Shown here one piece after another: positions 19,068-29,280 of a DNA stretch of 64,000 nucleotides. This DNA is from an uncultured Actinomycetes bacterium (GTDB lineage: Bacteria > Actinomycetota > UBA4738 > HRBIN12): contig CAWCMT010000005.1 of assembly GCA_963796725.1 (NCBI GenBank), positions 338,950-402,949 of the forward strand, written 5' to 3'. Below the pieces are notes generated by a model. That model searched no databases. It was given only the letters and a program-made list of their open reading frames with translations, and was not told where the DNA came from. A program made the translations under genes and the position numbers. Positions within the stretch are counted from its first letter, which is position 1. Each line of letters begins with the position of its first letter.

Positions 19068-20717
19068 GCCGGTCCCCCCTTCGCCGGAGGAGGTGGCGGC
19101 CGCGATGCGCGCGTCGTAGACCGGACGCGTGGAGTGGACCTCGATGACCTCGTCGAAGTTGTGGGGCGGCGGCGGAGAGGACGTCGCCCACTCCAACGTG
19201 TCACCGGTGCCCCATGCGTCGTCGGGGGCGTCCTTCGGCTTGCGCAGGGAGAGGATCACGTTGGTGAAGAAGATGATCATGGCCACGGCGATGATGAACG
19301 CACCCACCGTGGACAGCTGATTGAGCCCGGTCCACCCGCGATCCGGCGCGTAGTCGGCGATCCGCCGCGGCATGCCGCGGAGCCCGAGGATGTGCATCGG
19401 GAAGAACGCGAGGTTGAACCCGATCAGCATGATCCAGAACTGCCACTTGCCCAGGCGGTCGCCCAGGAAGCGGCCGGTCATCTTGGGGAACCAGTAGTAC
19501 ATCCCCGCCATGATCCCGAAGAGGGCGCCGCCGAAGAGGACGTAGTGGATGTGCGCCACGACCCAGTAGGTGTCGTGGATCGCGAAGTCCATCGCCGGCG
19601 AGGCCATCCACACACCGTCGATACCGCCGATCAGGAACATCGCGATGAACCCCAGCGCGAACAGCATCGGCGGTGGGAACCTGAGCTTGCCCTTGTACAG
19701 GGTGGCCAGCCAGTTGAAGAACAGCACCCCCGTGGGGATCGAGATCAGCTCCGTGGTGACGCTGTAGAACGGCAGCTCCACGGCCCCGGTCACGAACATG
19801 TGGTGCGCCCAGACGGTGAAGGACAGGGCCGCCACCATCAGGAAGGCGAGCACCACGCCACGGTAGCCGTACAGCGGCTTCCCGGAGAAGACCGGGAGGA
19901 TCTCGCTGACGATGCCCCATGCGGCGAGGATCAGGATGTACACCTCGGGGTGGCCGAAGAACCAGAACACGTTCTGCCAGAGGAGCGGCGTGCCGCCGCG
20001 TGAGGCGTCGAAGAAGACCGTGCCCAGATGCCGGTCGGCCAGCGTCATGATGAGTCCCGCGGTCAGGACCGGCGCCGCCAAGACGATCAGCAGCGAGGTG
20101 GCCATCACGCTCCAGCAGAAGACGGGTATGCGGAACATCGACATCCCGGGAGCGCGCATACGCAGGATCGTGACGATGAAGTTGATCGCCCCGAGGATCG
20201 ATGCGGTGCCCACGATCGCGAGGCCGATCAGCCAGAGGTCCATGCCGCTCCCCCCCTGAACCGAGAGCGGCGCGAAACCGGTCCAACCTGATGCCCCTGC
20301 CCCACCCTTGACCAGGAAGCCGGACAGGACCGTGAGCCCACCCACGGGCAAGAGCCAGAAGGAGAGCGCGTTCACGCGAGGGTACGCCATGTCCAACGCA
20401 CCGATCTGCAGCGGCACGAAGTAGTTGCCGAAGCCGGCCAGCATCGGGAACACGAACAGGAAGATCATCAGGGTCCCGTGCTCCGTGAAGACCTGGTTGT
20501 ACATGGCGGCCGTCAGGACCTGGTGCCCGGGAAGCGCGAGGTTCGTGCGGATCAGCAACGCCAGGAGGCCGGCGACGATGAAGAACAGGAGGGAGTTCCC
20601 CAGGTAGAGGATCCCGATCTTCTTGTGGTCGGTCGTCGTGATCCAGCCCATGATGCGCGCCCCGAACGGCTCGGGACGTGCGACGGACGGGGCATCTACG
20701 ACCGCCATCTCAGTCAC
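19068..20717 (-). CDS. ctaD: Cytochrome c oxidase subunit I (aa3 type). As given, it reads in frame into ctaE.
   Basis: The N-terminal 550 codons of ORF 18012..20717 carry canonical motifs: GNYFVPLQIGA, WFFGHPEVYILIL, HHMF, HDTYWVVAHIHYVL. No stop codon precedes the ctaE ATG. Confidence 0.95.
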
Positions 20718-20732
20718 CCCCTCCGGTCATCC

Positions 20733-21795
20733 TCACGAACCTGCCTTCTTCACGATGAACACTCCTGACATCGAGGGGCCGTGGACGTTGCACTGGAAGT
20801 AGTACTTACCGGCCTTGAGGTCCGGGATCGAGTAGGTGTTCGTCGCCACCCCCGCGAACTTCGGTGTGGCGAAGAACTGCTTCGCCTGGTCGATGCCGTC
20901 GTAGATCGCGAAGTTGTGATCGATCCCCGCATCCTGGTTGTCGACCGTGACCTTGAACGGCTGCCCTTCGGTCACGGCGAGGCAGTTCGTGTCCCACTGG
21001 ATGTTGTGCGCGACGAGTTGGACGTCGTTCCCCGACGCCGACGCACAGTCCAGTTGCAGGATCGAGTTCCGTCTCCTGCTTGACCCATGCTGCGAAGTCC
21101 GTCTCCGTGACGACCTTGACCACGAACCGCATCCCGGGGTGGCCGAGGCCGCAGTACTCCGCGCACTGCCCCTGGAACGTCCCGATCTTGTTGGGCGTCC
21201 ACGTGAAGACGTTCGGGTGACCCGGCATCGCGTTCCGCATGAAGAAGAACTCGGGGACGAAGAACTCGTGCATCACGTCGTTCGACGTGAGGTTGAAGTG
21301 GATGGGCTCGTCGACCGGTAGCTCCATCACCATCGGGGTGCCGAGAGGATGGCTGTCGTCCGCGCTGGCACCCTTGACGACCACGCCCTCGTTCTTGTAG
21401 ACGGCCGACCATTGCCACTGCCCGCCCTGGACATCGATCGTCTCGATCGGCGTCGGATTCTCCTCGACATTCATGAGCGCGATCTCACCGAACGGGAAGA
21501 GGACCGCGACGATCACGGCGCCGATCGCGAAGAAGATGACGATCATCCGTGTCGAGCCGTGGCGCTGCGGCGGCTCCCCGTCGGGATGCTTCCCCGAGCG
21601 ATACCGGAAGATCGACCACAGGAGCATCCCCTCCACGCCGATGAACACGAGGGCGGCGAGCGACAGGATGATGTAGTAGAGCGTGTGCGTGTTGTCGGCT
21701 TGCTCCGTCGCCGGCTGACTCGCGCACGCGGCGAACGCGAGACACGATGCACCCAGGGCAAACCGGCTAAGCCAACGTCGCGATGTCGGAGGCAC
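20733..21795 (-). pseudogene. ctaC: Cytochrome c oxidase subunit II with a fused C-terminal type-1 copper (cupredoxin) domain; one frame break ~21064
   Basis: ORF 20806..21795 has a lipoprotein-like signal (LGASCLAFAACAS), two TM helices and the CuA site CAEYCGLGHPGM. After ..AAWVKQETE the frame shifts into ..ILQLDCASASGNDVQLVAHNIQWDTNCLAVTEGQPFKVTVDNQDAGIDHNFAIY..YYFQCNVHGPSMSG.. (ORF 20733..20975). Confidence 0.85.
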
Positions 21796-21807
21796 CTACC
21801 GGAACCT

Positions 21808-22308
21808 TTACGAGGAGACCGTGAACCCGGCGACCATGCCCAACGCGGCGTGGGGAGGCCCGTCTGTCCCGCCCGATTGCGTACCGGTCTGCCAGCACGC
21901 GACGGCATAGTTCCCCGGCGGGAGGTTCAGCCACTCGACGATGCCCGCGCCGGTATCCACCGAGCCGAAGTCTCCGCCGATGTGCAGCCAATCGTCCTCG
22001 GACTTCGGTCCGTCGGCCTTGGCGGCGTCGATCACGTCCTGAGTGGTCTTACCCTCGGGGAGGGCGATCGGGATCATCTCGTGCGTGATCATGAACGATT
22101 CTTTGTTCTGGAAGAGCAACTGGTTGATCCCGGAGGGCAGCGTCGCCGGCATCCCCTTATACGTGAAGTTCTGCACGAACACCGTGGTGGCCGTGGTCGA
22201 GGAAGAATCCGATGACTTCGAACACGCTGTGCCCACGAGGACCAACGCTGCCGAGAGCGCGAACACCTTCAAGATCAGACGCCCTCTACCCCCACCAACA
22301 ACCGACAT
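21808..22308 (-). CDS. Lipoprotein of unknown function, possibly cupredoxin-like
   Basis: From ATG 22308: MSVVGGGRGRLILKVFALSAALVLVGTACSKSS (lipobox). The mature part has widely spaced H..C..H..M residues (ITHEM, VACWQ, GPPHAALGM). It lies directly upstream of ctaC. Confidence 0.6.
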   Translation of the reverse strand: MSVVGGGRGRLILKVFALSAALVLVGTACSKSSDSSSTTATTVFVQNFTYKGMPATLPSGINQLLFQNKESFMITHEMIPIALPEGKTTQDVIDAAKADGPKSEDDWLHIGGDFGSVDTGAGIVEWLNLPPGNYAVACWQTGTQSGGTDGPPHAALGMVAGFTVSS

Positions 22309-22447
22309 CGCGACCCCCCCGCCCAAGTTGGTTCCGGCCCGGGCCGCCCTCAAGGAGCGACCGCCATTCGTGTACGCTAGCAGCCGTCCTCGCCGTAGGG
22401 AAGGGTCCGACGAGGAAAAAGTTCTCGGAAGTTCCCACGGGGGATAA

Positions 22448-23358
22448 GTGGCCGCCGCAACCGGTTTCCTTCTGAGATGGACCTTCGATCCGCTCGTCGT
22501 GCTGCCGCTGGCGCTGGCGGGCATCTTGTATATCGAGGGAGTTCGCAACGTCCGCCGGCGCCACCCGCGCTCCGGATGGCCACCCTCGCGGACCGCGTGG
22601 TACTTCGCCGGCCTGGGGCTGCTCGTGATCGCCCTGGCTTCACCGGTCGACTACTACTCCGATCGCTTCTTCTCGGTCCACATGGCCCAGCACGTCCTGC
22701 TCATGATGGTCGCCGCTCCGTTCATCCTGCTCGGACGACCGATCACGCTCGCGCTGATGGCGAGCCAACCCCCGACACGGAAGAAGCTGGCGAAGGTGAC
22801 CCACAGCCAGGCGGCTCACGCGCTCGGGCTCCCCGGTCCTGGGCCTCGGCCTCTTCGCCGCCGTCCTTTGGGCCGCCCACTTCAGTTGGGTCTACGACGC
22901 CGCGCTCACCAACAACTTCGTCCACGCGGGCGAGCACATCGCGTTCCTCACCGCGGCGCTGCTCTTCTGGTGGCCCATCGTCGCTCGCGACCCGGGGTCG
23001 GCGCGTCTCAGTCACCCGGCCCGCCTGTTCTACCTGTTCCTGGCGATGCCCGTGATGTCGCTCCTCGGGCTGGTCATCAGCATGAGCGACCACGTGCTCT
23101 ACGCGCACTATTCGGCCACCGCCGTGGCATCCGGCATCTCAGCGCTGGGCGACCAGCAGCTGGGCGGCACGATCATGTGGGGTTCATCCATGGTGATCGG
23201 GACGATCGCCCTGTCGGCGGTACTGCTCGATTGGATGGATCGCGACGAGAAGGAGGCCGTTCGGATGGATGAACGCCTCGCACGCCAGGCGGGCCGAGCG
23301 AGCTCCACCGGTGCGCCCCGACGTGGAGATCGCCGAGGCGGATCCCGGGCGCGCCTAG
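22448..23358 (+). pseudogene. ctaG: Cytochrome c oxidase assembly factor CtaG (caa3/Bacillus type); at least two frame breaks (~22832, ~23295)
   Basis: ..SPVDYYSDRFFSVHMAQHVLLMMVAAPFILLG.. is in ORF 22448. ..PVLGLGLFAAVLWAAHFSWVYDAAL..GEHIAFLTAALLFWWPIV..LFYLFLAMPVMSLLGLVI..LGDQQLGGTIMW is in the frame of ORF 23046. The probable end ..VEIAEADPGRA is in a third frame at TAG 23356-23358. Confidence 0.8.
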
Positions 23359-23991
23359 TTCGCTTCCAACTGCCCAACCGCCTTGGCCAGCACCTTGGCC
23401 TCGGCATCCAGCCCGTTCTGCATCGCGACGGGGATCACCGCCTGTACCTTCCCCGAGGGATCGATCATGAAGACCACGATCGTGTGCGCCGCACCCGGAG
23501 CGACGCCGTAGTCGCTGTACACGGAGAAGAGCTGATGACTGGAGCCCGTGAGGAAGAGCCAGCGATGCATCATCGCGTGCTCCTTCGACCACTTGGCCAC
23601 CGAAGCCACCGACCGGAAGATGTAGTTCGCGTTGACCGCGACGAGTTGCATCGTCCGGGCCCGTCGACCCAAGCAGGTCTTGCGTCTTGGCCAGCAGCTC
23701 TGCCGTCAGGGGACAGATGTCCTTGCAGTGGCTCGAGACGAACGTGAGGAGCACCACTTTGCCCCGATAGTCCGAGAGCTTGTGACGCTTGTTGAACTGA
23801 TCGACCAGCGAGAAGTCGGGCGCCGGCTTGCCCTCGATCGCCGAGGGTCCGGCCGCGCTCGGCGGGGCCTGGGCCGGCGTGGTCGCACCGGCCCCGGTGC
23901 CCGGGCTGCTGCCGGCACCGCAGGCCGACGTCGCCGCCAGGATGGCGAGGGCCACGACGAGGCCCAGCGACCGACCCCGATGCCCGCGCAA
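23355..23991 (-). pseudogene. SCO1/SenC-family copper chaperone / thioredoxin-fold lipoprotein; one frame break ~23664
   Basis: The lipobox is LAILAATSACG. The Sco motif is GKVVLLTFVSSHCKDICP (CxxxCP). It continues in ORF 23355..23672 (..MQLVAVNANYIF..WLFLTGS..AHTIVVFMIDPSGKV). Confidence 0.85.
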
Positions 23992-24149
23992 CCGCCACTC
24001 CTTCGCTCTTCGCGTCCCGACCTCCGGGAACGGATATCGATGATAGCGCGACCTCGGTCTTTACAGGGCCGGGCGCATCATCTATCGTCCGTTTGCTTGA
24101 CGGTCTTCCCCGCAGAGGAACGATCGACGCACCGGATCAGGGGGGCACG

Positions 24150-24836
24150 GTGATCAGCGGAATCCTTGAGCGTTTCTCGCGCTCCGGACGGTTCGTCGCC
24201 TCGGGGACCCTCAGCAACTGGATCGTTCCGGTCCTGATCGTGATCGTCCTGATCGTGGTGATCTGGTTCGGTTGGCGTTGGATGAGGACCGAACACCTGG
24301 AGACCCTGGCAGCGATACCGTTGTTCTCGGGACTGTCCAAGAACGAGCTCCTTTCCATCCTGAACTCGGCACGGGTCGTCGAGTTCGCTCCGGGCTCGGC
24401 GGTCGTCACCGAGGGCGAACAGGGCAAGGGCTTCTACGTGATCACGAAGGGAAGCGCGAAGGTTGCCGTCGAGGGCAAGGAGGTCGCCACGCTGGACGAA
24501 GGCGCCTATTTCGGTGAGATCGCGGCGCTGGACGGAGGCGCCAGGAGCGCGACGATCACGGCCACGAGCCCGGTTACCACGCTCGAGCTGACGCGAACTG
24601 CGCTGCTGCACATCCTCGACAAGGAGCCGGCGGTCGCCACCTCCGTGTACCAGCGACTGGTGCAGAATCTCAAGGATGCCGGGGGAACGCCGCCGATGGC
24701 CGACGATGCGCAGGTCACCTCGGCGCAGATCGCGGAGCTCGCCCAGCGGCTCCGCCAGACCGAGCACCCGGGATGGGGAACGTCCAAGGCTGGGAAACGC
24801 CTGAGCTTCACGAAGATGTTCGCCAAGGGCAGCTAG
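24150..24836 (+). CDS. Cyclic-nucleotide-binding domain protein with an N-terminal TM helix
   Basis: WIVPVLIVIVLIVVIWFGW is the TM helix. IPLFSGLSKNELLSIL..GEQGKGFYVITKG..GAYFGEIAALDGGARSATI is the cNMP-binding fold. The track ORF starts at TTG 24093; GTG 24150 is preferred. Confidence 0.8.
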   Translation: MISGILERFSRSGRFVASGTLSNWIVPVLIVIVLIVVIWFGWRWMRTEHLETLAAIPLFSGLSKNELLSILNSARVVEFAPGSAVVTEGEQGKGFYVITKGSAKVAVEGKEVATLDEGAYFGEIAALDGGARSATITATSPVTTLELTRTALLHILDKEPAVATSVYQRLVQNLKDAGGTPPMADDAQVTSAQIAELAQRLRQTEHPGWGTSKAGKRLSFTKMFAKGS

Positions 24837-24892
24837 CGAAGCATCGCCAGCGGATCGCCCGGAGGTCCGGCGCCGTAAACACCGTTCCCGTC

Positions 24893-25429
24893 ATGCGTGT
24901 CCATGCTGTAGTGGATGCCTCCATGAACACGTCGATCGAGGTTCGCGCTCGGGAAGCTGTCACGTTCGAGCTGTTGTTCTCGCAGGAGCGGGATCGGCTC
25001 TTCGGAGCGCTCTGGCTGATCACCCGGGACAAGCATGAGGCCGAAGACGTGTCGCAGGACGCCTTCGTCAGGGTGTGGGAGCGCTGGGAACGTCGCGGCG
25101 CGCCCGAAGACCCTGCGGCATACCTGTTCCGCACCGCGATGAACATCCTTCGGAACCGACGGCGCCGTGCGGCCGTCGCTCTGCGCAATATCGCTTCGAG
25201 CAAAGAATCGATCGACCAGCTGGGTGCCGTCGAGGCGCGCGACGTCGTGATGCGAGCCCTCGGGGCGCTGACGCCCGCGCAGCGAGCCGCGCTGGTCCTG
25301 ATGGACCTGCTCGACATGACCTCGATGGAGGCTGCGGACGCACTCGGCGTCCGGCCTTCCACCGTTCGCGTGCTCGCCGCGCGCGGACGCGCGACCCTTT
25401 CCTCAGAGATCGGAGCCACCGATGCATGA
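24893..25429 (+). CDS. ECF (sigma-70 family) RNA polymerase sigma factor
   Basis: Region 2 is FELLFSQERDRLFGALWLITRDKHEAEDVSQDAFVRVWERW. Region 4 is LTPAQRAALVLMDLLDMTSMEAADALGVRPSTVRVLAARGR. An alternative start lies at 24923. Confidence 0.85.
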   Translation: MRVHAVVDASMNTSIEVRAREAVTFELLFSQERDRLFGALWLITRDKHEAEDVSQDAFVRVWERWERRGAPEDPAAYLFRTAMNILRNRRRRAAVALRNIASSKESIDQLGAVEARDVVMRALGALTPAQRAALVLMDLLDMTSMEAADALGVRPSTVRVLAARGRATLSSEIGATDA

Positions 25430-26355
25430 CACCAAGCGTCTGCTGCGACAGGCAGGCCAGGAAGCTCCCGATGCGGGGTTCGACCTCGATGACGTGCGGG
25501 ATCGCCGGAGCCGCCACGAGCGCCGTCGCAGGGTGAGCGCCACGATCGTCGGACTGGGCATCACCGTCGCGATCGTCGCTGGGAGCGGTCTTCGCCGCGG
25601 CCTCGACCGGTGCGCACGGCGCCGGCCCGGCTCACGGCGGCGGAGGCCTGCCCTCGCCGCTGCGCACCGTCGCGCTCGCACCCGGCGAGTTCTCCTATCA
25701 GCGGATCAGGATCACTTCCGATCCCACGTGTAGGAGCTGCGGGGTAACCCACGTGTACCTCGTTGCCCAGTCGTGGTGGGCGCTCGACGGCTCGGGGCGC
25801 ATCGACGTAACGAAGAACGAGAACTACGGCATCCAGAACGGTTCGTTCGCTCCCGGAACCTTCCCGACCGAGGGCGACCTCACCGGGTTCCCCACCGATC
25901 CCGAAGCTCTCCGAACGTTCCTGCTCCAGCGGAGCGCCTCCGATGGCGCTTCGCCCCGTCCTGACGTGACCCCGGCGCCGGGCGTGCCGCTCGAGGACGG
26001 TCAGCTTTGGCTCGCGATCCAGGACTACCTGGGCTCGACGCAGTACCTGAACGCCACCCCCGAACTCCGGGCGGCGATGCTCAAGGTCCTCGCCGAAGAT
26101 CCCATGGTGCGCGTCGCTTCGGGGGCCGCCGATCCTGTGGGCCGGCCTGCATCGACCCTGAGGTTCCATGCGTACGACGCCGACGTCACGGTCTTCGTTG
26201 AACCCACGACCGGTGACTTCATGGCCATGACGAAGCGGTACGTCGACGGGTTCGCCGGATCCGGCTCCGTGATCGTCGAGGAGGCGGGCATCTCTGCGAG
26301 CGATCACGCGCCTCCGCGGGGACGCGGGATAACCGTTCCGCCCGCGGGGTCCTGA
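25422..26355 (+). pseudogene. Membrane-anchored partner of the ECF sigma factor (putative anti-sigma / CU044_5270-like); one frame break ~25587
   Basis: Its start overlaps the sigma-factor stop. MHDTKRLLRQAGQEAPD..RRRRVSATIVGLGITVAIVAGS (TM) is followed, after a shift, by VFAAASTG..PGEFSYQRIRITS..YLVAQSWWALDGSGR.. in the frame of ORF 25753..26355. Confidence 0.65.
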
Positions 26356-26398
26356 GGACCACGCATCATCGCGATGCGAGCCCGGTGCTGGAAAGAGG

Positions 26399-27360
26399 CT
26401 AGGTTGCCCGGAGCATCTCCAGCGCCTCGCCCGGCCCGTTCCACGTCGTCCACCGTCGAGCCCGCGGGCATGTTGAAGATCAGACCCTGCAGACCCGCGT
26501 CCAGGAACGCCTGCGCCTGCTCGGCCACGGCATCCCGGTCGCCGGAGATCAGCCGCATCGCGACCTGCTCGTCGGGCACCGCGCGTGCCTCCTGCCAGGC
26601 GCGCCGGCGCACGTCGGCGTCGGCCGAGGTATCTCCCACGATCAGCGTGCCCAGGCGCGTCGCCACGATCTCGGAGCGGTCACGGCCCTCGGCGTCGCAG
26701 TGCTCCTGGAGTACCGCCAGCTTGTGCCGGATCATGCCGAGGTCGCCGAAGCCGTTCCACATGTCCGCGTAACGCGCCGTGAGTCGCAGCGTCTTCTTCT
26801 CGCCGCCGCCCCCGATCAGGATCGGTGGACCGCCCGGCCGCACCGGTTGCGGGACGTTCAGCGCGCCGTCAACGTGATGGACCGTCCCCTGGAGCGTCGA
26901 CGCGGGCTGCGTGAACATCGACCGACAGATGCGCAGCGCGTCTTCCAGGCGCTCGAACCTCTCCGAGACCGAGCGGCCAGGGGTAGCCGTACGCGCGCGA
27001 CTCCTCCTCGTTCCAGGCGGCGCCGATACCCAGGATCGCTCGTCCCGACGAGATCATGTCGAGCGTGGTGACGACCTTCGCCAGGAACGCCGGGTTGCGG
27101 TACGTGACGCCGGTGACCATCGCGCCCAGCTGCACGCGGGAGGTCCGCGCCGCCACGGCGCCCAGCAGCGTGTACGCCTCGAGCATCGGGTCGGTGATGG
27201 GCCCGACGTTCGCGATCTGGTGGTAGTGATCCATCACCCAGAAGGAGTCGAACCCGGCGCTCTCGGCCGCGATCGCGATCTCGGCGATCCGATCGAAGAG
27301 GCGCTGGTCCGGGACGTCGGGGAAGGTGAAGCTTGGCAGCTGAAGTCCGAAGTGGGGCAT
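26399..27360 (-). pseudogene. LLM-class (luciferase-like) F420-dependent oxidoreductase; two frame breaks (~26972, ~26431)
   Basis: MPHFGLQLPSFTFP..FDSFWVMDHYHQ..GAMVTGVTYRNPAFLAK..SGRAILGIGAAWNEEE is in ORF 26869..27375. ..SVSERFERLEDALRICRSMF..PPILIGGGGEKKTLRLTARYADMWN is in ORF 26304..26918. The probable end ..VERAGEALEMLRAT is at TAG 26399-26401. Confidence 0.85.
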
Positions 27361-27421
27361 GGCGTGGCTCCTCACCGATCGATACCGACCTCGCGGCCGG
27401 ATGGACGCTGGTACTTCGAAG

Positions 27422-28441
27422 CTACCCGCCGGAGGCGCGAACGTCGCTCGGGGACGGGCGCGAGGTGATCAGGCCGTTGTCGAAGGTGCCCTGCTGATTG
27501 TTCGGCACCGTCCAGCTGGCTGAGATGAGCCGCGTCCGGCCGTCGGGCATCTTGCACGTCGCGTCGAAACTCGACCGCTTCACGTTGCTCACCGTGCCCA
27601 CGCAGACGGTCCCGCTGGGCAGGTACTCCATCTGGAACGACGTGGAGGCCAGGCTGCTCGTGGTGACCAGGAGATCGGCCCGTACGAGCACCCGCTGGAC
27701 GCCGGTGCCGTTGCCTGACATAGACACGATCCCCCGGGTGACGCCCGAGTCGGTCAGGATCCTCCCGCTCAGCGAGTCCCTGAACGTCGCCGCGTTCCAC
27801 GCCTTCGGTTGGAACCGCAACGGGCCGAGGCCGAGCCCCGCGATGGCCGCCACGCCGAACATCCCCGCCAGCGCGGGTGCCAAACGTGTCGCCCAGGGCG
27901 AGGGCTGGGAACGCCGGAGCACGCGCCACACCGTCAGGCCGCAGACCGCGCCAACGGCCACGGCGAAGATGGCGATCATCCACGGGGTGCTGCGGTCCGT
28001 CCCGGTGCCGACGCCATGCAGCGTGGCCGCACCCCACACCGCGAAGTTCACGTAGTGCGCCTTGCGCCAGAAGGCGTACGTCAGCTTGGTGTCGCGGTAG
28101 TGGTTGGTGAGGGCCAGCGCAAGGAGCATCTCGGCAGCCACGATCCCCAAACCGGTCCAGATCGGGCGATAGGGGGTCACCAGCGGCACGGCGAGGGAGA
28201 CGATCGAGAACGGAAGGTAGGCGTCGATCGCCACCGCGAGGATGTGCAGCACCACGAAGGTGCCGGTGAGCAGGCCGGTGAACTTGTGGATGTCCTCGAG
28301 CGCGAACCGGGGCCATCGTTTCATCGACTTCTTGCCGGTCATCGCCAGCCCGAGGGAGACGTTGATCGACAACAGGACGTAGGCGACGATCCCGCCGGCG
28401 CGGGCCGCGTACCAGTCGATCGGGTTCGAGGTCAGGTGCAC
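27422..28441 (-). CDS. Ferric-reductase-like (MsrQ/FRD-type) six-TM domain protein with a C-terminal extracytoplasmic domain
   Basis: The polytopic N-terminus has conserved His pairs (HKFTGLL..VVLHILAV; KAHYVNF..ATLHGV). The ~130-aa beta-rich C-terminal domain has no family I recognise. Confidence 0.75.
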   Translation of the reverse strand: MHLTSNPIDWYAARAGGIVAYVLLSINVSLGLAMTGKKSMKRWPRFALEDIHKFTGLLTGTFVVLHILAVAIDAYLPFSIVSLAVPLVTPYRPIWTGLGIVAAEMLLALALTNHYRDTKLTYAFWRKAHYVNFAVWGAATLHGVGTGTDRSTPWMIAIFAVAVGAVCGLTVWRVLRRSQPSPWATRLAPALAGMFGVAAIAGLGLGPLRFQPKAWNAATFRDSLSGRILTDSGVTRGIVSMSGNGTGVQRVLVRADLLVTTSSLASTSFQMEYLPSGTVCVGTVSNVKRSSFDATCKMPDGRTRLISASWTVPNNQQGTFDNGLITSRPSPSDVRASGG

Positions 28442-29280
28442 GCGACCGCCTCACGCATGTTCCGCGTCCACACACCGTTGACCACGACGCGGCCGTCGGC
28501 CGCGACGAACCGCGCTGGGAGATCGCGGGCGTCGAGCCACGCCGGCCCGTCCTCGCCCGCCAGGAACCCGGCCTTGGCCGCGACGTCGGCCGCCACGCAG
28601 GTCGCCCCGCACGCGGTCACCGACGTCCATGGCGAGCGTGCCGGGCGCCCGGTCCCAGGATCCAGCAGATGATGCTGGACCTCACCACCGCGCAGCCACC
28701 ACCGCTTCGTCGTGCCGCTGGTGGCGAGCGCTCCCTGCCGCAGCTCTACGGCCGCCCCGTCGGGAAGGGCGACCGTCAGCGAGCCACGGGCCGCCACATC
28801 GCCGCCCGCCGACACGAAGCCCTCGCCTCGGCACAGGGCGAGAGCATCGTCCACGGCCAGCGACTTCACCACGCCGTTGAGATCCAGGCGCACGCCCTCC
28901 GGGAGCGCCACCAGGCGTCCGAGCGCGAACACCGGCCGTGCTCCCTGGGCCGATCCCGCGGGACGCGGGTCGGGAGCCATCTCAGAGAAGTCGCGCATGT
29001 AACCCGCCGCGAGGATCGCGGCGCCCAGGGTCGGGTCGACGAGGCCCCCCGTCTCATCCCGAGCGTCCAGCGCGATGCGCAGCGTGTCGGCGAACGGCGC
29101 CGAGACCAGCGTCTCGCGGCCGGCGGCTGCGTTGACGCGGTTCAGCTCGCTCTCAGGGATGAACCTGCTGAACATCTCCTCGCGGGCGCGGAACAGCTCT
29201 TCGATGGCGAGGGCCGCGCTCGCGGCAGCGCCGCCCAGCACGATCTCGCAGCCCATCGCCTCGAACCGTTGCTCGTTCAT
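28432..29280 (-). CDS. apbE: FAD:protein FMN transferase (ApbE family)
   Basis: From ATG 29280: MNEQRFEAMGCEIVL..FSRFIPESELNRVN..GGLVDPTLG..DLNGVVKSLAVD..SAGGDV..ATSGTTKRWW. It forms ATGA overlaps with both neighbouring genes. Confidence 0.85.
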   Translation of the reverse strand: MNEQRFEAMGCEIVLGGAAASAALAIEELFRAREEMFSRFIPESELNRVNAAAGRETLVSAPFADTLRIALDARDETGGLVDPTLGAAILAAGYMRDFSEMAPDPRPAGSAQGARPVFALGRLVALPEGVRLDLNGVVKSLAVDDALALCRGEGFVSAGGDVAARGSLTVALPDGAAVELRQGALATSGTTKRWWLRGGEVQHHLLDPGTGRPARSPWTSVTACGATCVAADVAAKAGFLAGEDGPAWLDARDLPARFVAADGRVVVNGVWTRNMREAVACT

